DNA of 64,000 nucleotides from Octopus sinensis. Lineage: Eukaryota. Below the pieces are notes generated by a model. That model saw only the letters and a list, made by a program, of their open reading frames with translations. It was not told the origin of the DNA and ran no database searches. A program made the position numbers and the translations under genes. How positions within the stretch are numbered: position 1 is the first letter of the stretch; every line of letters begins with the position of its first letter. This document shows positions 53,119 to 64,000 of this stretch, piece after piece. The DNA is taken from positions 59,024,001-59,088,000 of the forward strand of contig NC_043008.1 of assembly GCF_006345805.1 (NCBI RefSeq). Reading direction: 5' to 3'.

Positions 53119-53196
53119 AAGAAGAGAAGAAGAAGAAGAAGAAGAAGAAGAAGAAGAAGAAGAAGAAGAAGAAGAAGAAGAAGAAGAAGAAGAAGA
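52968..53196 (+). mobile_element. R4/Dong-like 3' end with (AAG)n tail
   Basis: CILGKARIIRKVL* matches the LLGTARILRKVL C-terminus; short 3' UTR, then (AAG)n at 53089-53196. Confidence 0.6.
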
Positions 53197-53679
53197 ATCC
53201 TTTCTACCATAGGCACTAAGAGGAGTGGGAATAGTCGAATGCATCGACCCCAGTGATCGACTGGTATTTTATCAGTCGAGCACTGTGTCGATGTATTTGA
53301 CTTACCCTCTCTCTTGATCTTACTGGCATTGTCCCAAAATTTGGGACCAATTTTACTGTCCTTTCGAAGGAAGGGAGCTGGCAGAATCGTTAACACGCTG
53401 GGCAAAATGCTTAGCGGTATTTCGTCTGCCGCTACGTTCTGAGTTCAAGTTCCGCCGAGGTTGACTTTGCCTTTCATCCCTTATGTTTCAATAAAATAAA
53501 TACCAGTAAAATACCTAGGTCAATGCAATCGACGACTCCACTCCCTCAAAATTGCTGGCCTTGTGCCAAACTTTGAAACCAATATTACCTTTCTTTCGGT
53601 AGATCGCTTTTAAGCAATGTAGTTGCAAAATTATGTAAAAACACCACCTCAGTCTGTTAACAAAACTTATTGTACTACG

Positions 53680-54865
53680 TTCGCAGAAATTCTATTCAGA
53701 ATACTGAACATTCCATTAAAAATAATTGAGGTGGCGAGTTATGCTTTTTCAGTAAAGAGGCTATAGAAGAAGAATTTCTTAAAATTTTGGCCTTGAATAC
53801 AAACAAGTGCCTCTCAAATCGATTATGAACATTATGCTTAAAAATCATAAAAACCAATTTCGGAAAGAATTAATATATTAATTGAAAAAAAAAAGTCATC
53901 ATAAGTTTAGTGTATTTGCCACTTCAGTGGAAATTAAAATCTGATATAAAATCAATATAGAGGAATAATATATGCTTCACTTATACGTTTACCAACAAAT
54001 AATAGAAAAGAAAAATTAACTTATCTATCAAGAAAACGCAAAAATAATAAGTCGCCAACGATAGGAAAAATAGAAAATTGAGTAGATTCTTTAGATTTAC
54101 AAAAGCCACATTTCACTCTCAAGAGTCACAATTCTAATTACCTGAACAACTCTTCAACAGAACTTATAATTCTCACAAAATAAAACAGATATCTATTTTA
54201 TTAGTAAATACATTCCGATATATTCCGGACATGTTGCGCTAGCGTCAAATTTGCCTCCTAAAACAGAAAAAAAATTATGAATCTCTGGTTTCTTGGCTTC
54301 AATAACTTTACAACAAAGATACTTTTCAAACACAGAGAAGCCGAATTGACGTCAGCGATTATACAATTTCGATTCTAAGAATTTCGCTAAGAATTTTTCA
54401 GCAATTACCGTCTCAGATTTTGTATTTTTTTCATGTAGGAAATTCTGTTCTATGTTAGATAATAGTATCTAGACAAAGAAACAATCTAACATATTTTTCA
54501 GTGTTAACAGAGGAAGTGGACACTCGGCTGAGATGACCGGAGAATAATATTTTATATCGTAAAGACTTTATGGAACAAGGTAACTTTTGTCCTCGGATCT
54601 TTGTATTGAGATAGCTTATTCTTTTATAAGTTTCAGTCATTGGAATGCAGCCAAAAAAATCAGAAATAACAACTATCAAATACCGGAAAGATTCTGAAAA
54701 AAACTTTTCCATAATTTTCAAGTAATTCAACCTCAATCTAATAACCCTGTCCAAACTAAAGATAGTAGATTGTCTTGACGTCACACCTCATAGTAACAAC
54801 GAACACTTCTTATATTTCAAGAAACCTAATGAAACATTATATTATATTCATAATATATTACCAAA
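53680..54865 (+). pseudogene. Decayed Penelope-like reverse transcriptase
   Basis: NFGL..., KPHFTLKSHNSNYLNN, IIQF-DSKNF, LY*DS (YRDD remnant), KIVDCLDVT and FKKPNETLYYIH in the PLE RT order. Confidence 0.72.
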
Positions 54866-55404
54866 ATATTTTTGGTAAGTTTTCTTTCAATTTATATTTT
54901 CACTTTTCTCTAATCTTATCTTTAACTTGTTTTAGATATTGGACTGGCGCCATGCAGAGGCACCGCCTTGAAGGGTGAAAAAATCGACCCCGACACTTAT
55001 TTTTAACGTGTAGTACTTATTCTAGCGGATATTTTTGCCGGGCCGCTAGGTTACCGGGATGTACACATAACACAGGTTGTAAAGCGGTTAGGGATACAAA
55101 CAAAACAAGAACACCCTTCTCATCTATATACAAATATACAACGAGCTTCCACACAGTTTAACTAACATGGAGTTGGTTGGTCTGGGTATATTGTAGAAGT
55201 GAATAGATCCGAAACTATGTGCCTAGAAAGTGAGGTTCTTAACTAATTAGTCATTAGTCTTACTAAACATTATCGTTTTGTTTATTGTTCATATGTATGA
55301 AGATATTCATGCATGTATGTATGAATACATACACACGTACATATATATATATATATATAATATATATACATATATATATATACATATATGTATATATGTA
55401 TATA

Positions 55405-55478
<74 letters not shown>

Positions 55479-55596
55479 GGTGTGTGTGTGTGTGTGTGTA
55501 TATATATAAGGAGAATTCACGAAAAAACGAAAGACGAAGATAGGTGTGTAGAAAACAAATAGATATATTACTATAACGCTCAGGAATTGAAAAAGT

Positions 55597-55632
55597 CTTT
55601 TACGTTTCGAGCCTACGCTCTTCCACAGAAAG
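55597..55632 (-). ncRNA. Minimal HHR-like motif with variant core CUGUGGA in a PLE pLTR-like repeat (55507-55670)
   Basis: cttt-CUGUGGA-a-gagc[gtag]gctc-GAA-ACGU-A-aaag. Confidence 0.6.
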
Positions 55633-55663
55633 GAACACAGAAAGAAACAAGGAGACAAAAAGA

Positions 55664-55701
<38 letters not shown>

Positions 55702-55714
55702 CATAGGTATGCAG

Positions 55715-56135
55715 TAATATATGTCTGGAAGATCCTGGAAGGAATTGTGCCAAATTTTGGCATTGTAAGCTACACCAATGCTAGAACGGGATGACAGTGC
55801 ATAGTGCCAAAGATCCCAACAATGCCATCACGCTTCAGGACCAGCTTCTGCAACAGCCTGGGTTTCAAGGGCCCACAGCTTTTTAATATTCTCCCAAAGA
55901 GTCTGAGGAACTTGCACAAAGTAGATGTAGCGGTTTTTAAATCAAAACTGGATATCTTCCTGTCGAGAGTCCCAGATGAACCTACTTCACGGCAAGAGGT
56001 GCAAATGAGAGTAGCTATATCAAACTCCATTCTTCACCAAGTGCCACATGCTAGAGGAGGTTCTTCGTAATAACAGTGTAGCACAAAACGGCGGTATATC
56101 GGCATGGCCGCAGCTCTGAGCTGAAACAAGAAAAA
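55715..56135 (+). mobile_element. CR1/L2-type LINE 3' fragment
   Basis: [31 protein letters not shown] and FKSKLDIFLSRVPDEP; 3' hairpin. Confidence 0.88.
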
Positions 56136-56139
56136 AAAA

Positions 56140-56170
<31 letters not shown>

Positions 56171-56465
56171 TATATCGACCCACGTGATTTTCTTGGACGA
56201 TTCCCCTGATTCTCCGAACTTTTTCCTCCTATCTATTTCTGACGCAGAAAAATTGCTCGAAACGTCACTTCTTTTCACCAGCTTCAAACTTCTCTGAGTC
56301 TCAAACTGATACATTCGTTGTGTGCTTTCTTTTGACTTTTGCAACTTTCTCTGTTGTTGCTCTTATTTTTGGTTTTTACTTTTTTCTTCACACATACATA
56401 CACACACACCCACACACACAAACATATTTCTTGATTCTGGATTCCATAGTCGTTTCATTGAAGGC

Positions 56466-56551
<86 letters not shown>

Positions 56552-56701
56552 TATATATTATATATAACGTTAACTCTCTTATATTTACGGATAAATATGT
56601 ATTGTCTCCATGGTTTATTGTGCTAGGTCGCTTGGTTTTAAAATTAGGGTATTATTAAATTAATATCTAATATTTCACCCTCATTTTTGTATATATATAT
56701 A

Positions 56702-56747
<46 letters not shown>

Positions 56748-57153
56748 TCTTTTACTTGTTTCAGTCATTTGAGTGCGGGCATGCTGGAGCACTGCCTTTA
56801 GTCGAGCAAATCGACACCAGGACTTACTCTTTGTAAGCCTAGTACTTATTCTATCGGTTTCTTCGACCGAACCGCTAAGTTACGGGGGCGTAAACACAAC
56901 AGCATCGGTTGTCAAGCGATGTTGGGGGGACAAACACAGACACACAAACATCACACACACACACACACACACGCACATATATATATATATATACATACAA
57001 CAGGCTTCTTTCAGTTTCCGTCTACCAAATTCACTCACAAGGCTTTTGTCAGCTCAAGGCTATAGTAGAAGACACTTCCCCAAGGTGGCACGCAGAGGGA
57101 CTGAACCTGGAACCATGTGGTTCGTAAGCAAGCTACTTACCACACAGCCACTC
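56748..57153 (-). mobile_element. SINE family A, full length
   Basis: Homology to the family consensus. Confidence 0.9.
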
Positions 57154-57654
57154 GTATGCTTATATATATATAATATATATATATATCTATATATATATAT
57201 ATATAATATATATATATACATATATACATATATACATATATATATATGTATGGATGGATGCATGCATGCATGTTTATATGGATGTGTGTATAATATGACG
57301 TTGGCGTTGTTACTTCGACAAATATTGCATTGTGCGATGATATTGTGAAGAATTTCCGGTTAATGTTGGTGACTAAGTCCTTAATGAAAGTCGGTGATAA
57401 CAGCATTCGTTTATATAAAGCTGCTATTACATTGCGCTCTATCTCTCCTAACGTTAGTACATCTTTTAATGCATTTTGTTATATAAATCTCCTTTTCTGA
57501 ATACGTCTAATCTGTGTCTGTCCATATGTGCGGATTTTTACTAGTCATAATTGGCTATTTTCATTTTGCTCGAGTATATACATACTCACGTATCTGCATG
57601 TATGACTGTGTGCATGTATTTATTTATATATATGTATATATATATATATATATG

Positions 57655-57950
57655 AATGCGAAGGCGTATGGCTCAGTGGTTAGAGTGTCGAGCTTACGAT
57701 CGTGAGGTTGTGAGCTCGAATCCCGGACTGGGCTGCGTTTTGTGCTCTTGAGCAAGACACTTTATTTCACGTTGCTCCAGTTAACTCAAGTGTAGAAATG
57801 AGTTGCGACGTCACAGGTGCCAAGCTGTATCGGCCTTGGATGCATGGGCGACTGCTGGTCTTCCATAAAACAACTTTGCTCGGACTTGTGCCGGGAAGGG
57901 TAACTTTCTAGGTGCAATCCCATTGTCTGTGTCGTGACCGAAGGGGGTCT
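57655..57950 (+). mobile_element. tRNA-head SINE with a third body/tail type
   Basis: TGGCTCAGTGG A box, GAGCTCGAATCC B box, CTTGAGCAAGACACTTTATTTCAC linker. Confidence 0.7.
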
Positions 57951-58038
57951 CAGATATATATATATACATACATATATATATACATAAATATATACACGCA
58001 CATATATATATATATATATATATAGATATATATATAAT

Positions 58039-58167
58039 TTATTATATAGAAGGAGCTTCTACAGGACTAGAACTGTTTCTCATTCAAAAGAATCATCAGG
58101 AAGCTTCCTGATGATTTCTTTTGAATTAAACAGTTCTAGTCCTGTAGAAGCTCCTTCTATATAATAA
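58039..58167. ncRNA. Palindrome made of two head-to-head type I hammerhead motifs
   Basis: Minus 58054-58105: agcttc-CUGAUGA-ttc[tttt]gaa-tga-GAAA-cag[8 nt]ctg-UA-gaagct. Plus 58102-58152: same motif with G12 changed to U. Confidence 0.75.
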
Positions 58168-58236
58168 TATTAATTTACTCTGCTATGTATTGAGTACCTT
58201 ATTTACTGTGGTTAACCCCGACTAAACCCGGGACCT

Positions 58237-58267
<31 letters not shown>

Positions 58268-58540
58268 ATATAATATATATATTATATATATATATATATA
58301 TATCAAAAGGATGTGTTCTAATACTATTTCACATGAACAAAACAGCCATAACAGCAATCCAACATACTCCATCATCAGCTGCCCCAAACTTTGGTAAATA
58401 TCTTCTATTAGTGCTCCGTGCCAACCAAAGCATTGCAGTAGATTAAGTGGGGATTTAGCGGTCCCAAGCTATGATAAAGACTATAATACATGCAAACATA
58501 CATGCATACATACATGCATAAACATGATCACGATATCTGG

Positions 58541-58609
<69 letters not shown>

Positions 58610-58719
58610 TATATATATATATTATATAAGGAAAGTTTACGAAAATAAACAAAAGGCGAAGGCAGGTGGAGTACAAACAAACAAATGTATTAGTATAGCG
58701 CTCAAGAATAGAAAAAAGT

Positions 58720-58755
58720 CTTTTACGTTTCGAGCCTACGCTCTTCGATAGAAAG
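58720..58755 (-). ncRNA. Minimal HHR-like motif, core CUAUCGA (same family as 55597)
   Basis: cttt-CUAUCGA-a-gagc[gtag]gctc-GAA-ACGU-A-aaag. Confidence 0.55.
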
Positions 58756-58919
58756 ATACACAGAAAAAAACAAGGAGAGAAACAAGGAGAGAAAAAAATG
58801 CGTGTAGGAGCTAACGATCTATTATGGCGTCCTGACTTCGAACAGTGGTCAGACGCGAGAATATATATGTATGTATGTATGTATTTGTAATATAATGTGA
58901 CAATCATGCGGTTGCCATA

Positions 58920-58978
58920 ATAAAACTGTGAGTTTCGGATATCGGGGCGGAAACGTGCACCGGCATCTCTTCAGTTAT
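58920..58978 (-). ncRNA. Type I hammerhead motif, intact core
   Basis: ataa-CUGAAGA-gatgccgg...ccgatatc-c-GAA-ACU[cac]AGU-U-ttat; cleavage triplet GUU. Confidence 0.7.
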
Positions 58979-59318
58979 CGAGTCAAATAAATTCCCCTAT
59001 TTACATAAGATCGAGGTCTCTTTCATTCTCTGCTATCTTCCCATTATTATTAATATGTATAACTTATCTTCAATTGAATCTTCCATGCGTTAACGTGTAA
59101 ATCCTTGCAACAATGTAAACTTCCATTTAATCAAGAAATCCCTGGCCTTATAGGTAGCCTGCAGTTTACACCTCAGTTGGATATTTACCATATATATACA
59201 TATATTTATTTCGTTTTTGGATTTTGTAGACATATACATACATATATATATGACCTCGTGTGTACCGTTGGCGATTTTTTCCTCAGTCTTCCCTTCTCTG
59301 GATCTTTCCTTCTCCTAT

Positions 59319-59353
59319 GTTTCCGATGAAGAGCTCCGCTCGAAACGTTAAGC
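59319..59353 (+). ncRNA. Minimal HHR-like motif, U4 changed to C
   Basis: gttt-CCGAUGA-a-gagc[tcc]gctc-GAA-ACGU-U-aagc. Confidence 0.6.
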
Positions 59354-59462
59354 CCTCCTTCTTTCCTTCTTTCCTGAGCGTCCAATAATACTATGTTTGT
59401 TCCACGTCCTCGCGTTGTTGTGTTTTTTGTGCTTTCTTGTTTGGATTAACTATGTATATATA

Positions 59463-59494
<32 letters not shown>

Positions 59495-59524
59495 GTATAC
59501 TTATATGTATACTTATATGTATAC

Positions 59525-59786
59525 ATATAAGTATGTATACATACATGTGTCCATATATACCGACCTACCTAACTGCCTACCTACCTACCTACCTACCTAC
59601 CTACCTACCTACCTAGTAGGTAGTTAGGTATGTATTATATATATATATATATATATAATATATATAATTATCTATTATATTTATATCTAACTACCTACCT
59701 AGGTAGGTAGGTAGGTAGGTAGGTAGGTAGGTAGGCAGTTAGGTAGGTCGGTATATATGGACACATGTATGTATACATACTTATAT
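59525..59786. repeat. Near-perfect inverted duplication around CCTA/TAGG and TA repeats
   Basis: TATAAGTATGTATACATACATGTGTCCATATATACCGACCTACCTAACTGCC recurs as an exact reverse complement at about 59735-59785. Confidence 0.93.
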
Positions 59787-60315
59787 ATTCACGTATATAT
59801 ACGCGTATATATATATATTTGCGTGTGTGTGTGTGTGTGTGTATACCAACATACCTTATTCTCGACATCTAAAGGAAATTTTTCCCCTTTCTTTTCGTCT
59901 CTTAGAGTTTGGTAGTCACATAATTTCAAAGACTTCCTGTGTTCTGATGCAGTGTTGGCTATCTCTGTGACGAATACTTATAAGTTCCCTGTGTGTATTT
60001 CGATAAGCTAATAATTTAGATGGAAGAGCGCCATACAATTAAACACAATTTATTCCCTACGCTTAAAGACTGTTCTGTTCAGCGAACGTCATTATTATTG
60101 GAAATTTACGCCTGCAATACCATTATGTACATTTCAAGAATTTCCTATCAAAATTCCATATATTATTTGTTTTGCTTAGGATTTACAGTTCAAAGTTTAC
60201 CCATATTACAACGTGTTTACAAACAACCTGTTTACAGGCAATTAAACACGCGGTTTGTAAACTATATCCTTGAAAGCATCGTAAGTAAAATATACTTATA
60301 TATACCAGAGCAGAC

Positions 60316-60352
<37 letters not shown>

Positions 60353-60565
60353 AATATATATATATGTGTGTGTGTGTGTGTGCGTGTGTGTGTGTGTGCG
60401 TTTGTGTGTGTGTATGTGCGTGTGTGTATTGAATATATATTTATATTTTGTATATATATATATATATATATACACAAAATATATATGTATATATATATAT
60501 TATATATATATATATTATATATATATATATATATTATATGTATATATATATACAAATATATATAT

Positions 60566-60599
<34 letters not shown>

Positions 60600-60849
60600 G
60601 TATATAAATATATATATATTATATATGTATATATATATAATATATATACACATACATATGTATGTATATATATGCATATATATATACATATATATATGCA
60701 TACATATATATGTGCACACATACATATAAATATATATATATATATATACAAAATATACAAAAACCTACATCTATCGTTTATTCATAAGCTCAATTGGGAA
60801 TTCAGTCTTCAAGAGTAAGTAAATAAATTCATAAATATATATTACATAA

Positions 60850-60985
<136 letters not shown>

Positions 60986-61402
60986 TGGTGCGCAAAATAT
61001 GCTTGAATGAACAGACAAACCTGAAAGCCATAAAACGAAAAAGCGGCGGAAATTATCTAGCTATCCAAGTCATTTTAATGGAAGCTTGTTGGCAAATCAA
61101 AACTTTCATACAAGAAGTAGCTTCCCAACATCGTGGTGAAATGATACTGTTGATAAAGCTGTGTGAAATACGTAGGCGTGATTGTTGTTAAAAATGTTCG
61201 CACGCTATACGTCGATGTTTATGTTGTAGAAATGTGTGCAGCCATTTTATTCTCGTCAAGTGGGTTGACAGACACAATCCTATTCGGAGAGTTTCACCAT
61301 TGTCCACCTCCTCTGCAAATCCTTATTGTTTTACAATAAACTAACTACATCAAAATCTTCTTTGAGTAGAGAATCCAAAGCACTTAAATCATTCCTATAG
61401 CA

Positions 61403-61472
<70 letters not shown>

Positions 61473-61621
61473 GTTTTAATTTTTGGCACAAGGCCAGCAA
61501 CTTTAATGGCGGGTGTAAGTCGATTATATCGCCCCCAGTACTGAACTGGTACTTATTGATACCGAAAGGATGAAAGGCGAAGTCGACTTCGGCAGGATTT
61601 GAACTGCCTTAATAATAATAA

Positions 61622-63300
61622 CTAGCAGTGTAGCCTGGCGTTGCCCGGGATTAAGTTAGGATTAGTATGCTAATCAAGCGCTTTGTTTTATACCAAACTA
61701 AAATACACCGACATCAAATTTGAGCGAAATCCATTGAAATTGGTAACATTTGGCTGAAAATGGGTTGCAGACAATTTGAAAAGGAAAACCCTTAAGGAAT
61801 CGGTTTATCGATTTTTCCAGTCATCGATTGTTTTTTTTTTTTTTTGAGAAATTAAAGCATTCACGGGTCCCATGAGTCCTAAGTAACGCCGCCATCAAGT
61901 TTGAACAAAATACATCCAAATTGGTAAAAGTTATGCTTGAACATGGGACATAGCCAATTTTAGCGGGAAATCCTATAATGAATCGGTTTATCGATTTTTC
62001 CTCCTCATTGATTGGAAAACCCCATAAGGAATCCGTTTATTGATTTTTCACCCCAAATAGGACTTAACCGAACACAACATTGCTGATTCAAAAATTCTAT
62101 AATTATACTTTAAAGTTAGTTTTCACACCCAACCCAGTTCTGCAGAATCAGTATCACGACGGGAACGCATGGGTTGGGAGTTTGACCGGCAGAGGTCATC
62201 GGGTTGCATATGCCGGCCCTTTCGAACCCTCCCATCATCTAACCCCGCTTGGCCCATGGGTTGGGAACCCTTTCGGCAAGGAAAATAGAACGCCCAAAAG
62301 GGCTCCCAATCCTCTGTGTCAAAAGTGATTATGTTAGGATCACAACTAATCTTTAACATAAACCTAAGCTAACCTAGTGAAAGGGGATTCGGGAGCCTCT
62401 AAAAGGCAGCGACTAATCCCGATCTAGTCCTAACCCTTCCCAGGGATACTATCGGTCAAGCCTGCATCGAAGATATGCATTGGAGAAGGTTGCCTTGGAG
62501 ATCTGCATCAAAGATCTACGTTGGAGAAGGTTGCATCAAAGGTTTGCACTGAAGAAGGAGGCATCGAAGGTTTGCATTGGCAATCTGCAGTGAAGAAGGT
62601 TGACTCAAAGATTTTGATTGGATAAGGTTGCATTAGAGATCTGGATTGGAGAACGTTGATTCGAAGGTATGCATTGGGGAAAACGTACTAACAGCCTTAA
62701 AAATAAGGGGCCTGGTCCTTATAGTCTAACTCTTTGAGCAACTTGGCCAAGCGCTGATATCGGCCGAGTGAGTATTGTTGTCGGAGGAGTCAGCATTGTC
62801 CAATAAAGAAGAGGAAGAGTCCATGAGTCATGTTGCCATGGTTTGAGAATATGTTCGGCCAATGCTTCCGGATCACCTGTTTATAACCACATAGGCCGCA
62901 ATTATGACTTGTTCTTCTTTCTACGTCTATAAAATACGTGTTCTGTCCCGAGGAGCATACACAAAAACACCGTTTCTACTCCCCACACGTGAACAGGCCA
63001 AAGTTGCCCATATGAAAAGCTCGGGTCGCCCAAATGGATGCCCGTCACCGATAGTGTTTGGCCTTGGGATTTGTTGATGGATATGGCGAATCATGGCCTC
63101 TCTGGGAACTGCGATCTGCGGAAGTTAAACGGCATGTCTGACCCCGAGGGATAAAGGTTCATCCTTGAAATGAAAACATTTCACCCTTCCCGCACTCCTA
63201 ACAATGGTGGCCTCAATAAAGTGGGTCGTTAGGGACTGGACCACCAAGCATGTTCCGTTGCACTGTTTAGGCGGATAAAGCGTGTACTTTTCATCCCATT
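61622..63300 (-). mobile_element. 3' portion of a formerly autonomous Helitron: Pif1 C-terminus, 3' region and CTAG end
   Basis: 62940-63300: YPPKQCNGTCLVVQSL..IEATI, DMPFNFRRSQFP, FAISINKSQGQTL and FSYGQL; terminus CCCGGGCAACGCCAGGCTACACTGCTAG|T at 61622. Confidence 0.8.
62462..62680. repeat. Degenerate minisatellite of alternating ~13- and ~15-bp units
   Basis: GCATCGAAGATAT / GCATTGGAGAAGGTT / GCATCAAAGATCT type units. Confidence 0.8.
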
Positions 63301-63777
63301 TGAGATTTATTGAAGGATTGTGTAAAATGTTCTTAACAAAACGGTATATTTTAAATCTATACACACACACACACACACACACTTGGTGTTATTGTTGTTG
63401 TGATGCGTGCGCCCTTTATCCCTTTTGAGTTGTTTTAATTGAAAACGTGCCGTTTGAGGTGTTCCACTCATTGGATCGTAAGTTTTTTTGAGGTGTGGGA
63501 TTAAAGCAATGATTTATTTCTGGTATCATTATATCATCGAAGATTTTATGGTAGGAGATAAGTCACAGCTAGGGCTATCCGTTGTTTTGTGTCACATAGT
63601 TGTCAATGATCTATCAGCTGCTAAGGTACAGCGTTCGGTAAATTCCGTAAAATATTTTTTTTTGATTTTTGAACTGGAAATGTATATTTCGTTTGATGTT
63701 AGCATAAAGTGAAAGAGAGAGAGCATGACAGGGACGTGCGCATATGTTGATGGTGGGGTGCGAGATAGAAAGTGTGT

Positions 63778-63832
<55 letters not shown>

Positions 63833-63943
63833 GTGTGATGATGCGTGTGAGGGAGAAAGAGAATGACAGCGTACATTTTATAAATTTATTTTTCCTCGCA
63901 TCTTTTTTGAGTGATTGACTGAGAGAGAGAGAGAGAGAGAGAT

Positions 63944-63974
<31 letters not shown>

Positions 63975-64000
63975 GTATGTGTGTGTGTGATAGCGTAACG

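Overview
This is AT-rich eukaryotic DNA saturated with repeats and microsatellites. The SINE families and repeat mix look like an octopus/coleoid cephalopod genome (inference from recognised repeats). I found no host protein-coding exon I can support; almost all long ORFs in the track are translated microsatellites or SINEs. The window holds three tRNA-derived SINE families, decayed RTE, CR1/L2 and R4/Dong LINE fragments, and DNA transposons: a full-length decayed mariner, a DD37D/maT-like element, a hAT Charlie/Buster remnant and several MITEs. It also holds six Helitron pieces: three Pif1-helicase remnants and three non-autonomous elements with TC...CTAG ends. The most interesting layer is Penelope-like (PLE). 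A 5.5-kb truncated PLE (25534-31015) carries a GIY-YIG domain and ~1.3-kb inverted arms, and a separate PLE RT remnant lies at 53.7-54.9 kb. About a dozen hammerhead-ribozyme (HHR) motifs from at least six repeat families are present. Some have intact cores, some have variant cores (U6; a G3:C8 swap), and several sit in fold-back palindromes. Other observations: a SINE and a CR1-type LINE share a 3' stem-loop with compensatory changes, and a 140-bp templated insertion was copied from next to a Helitron end. All alignments and translations were done by eye, so boundaries are approximate unless a TSD or terminus is quoted.
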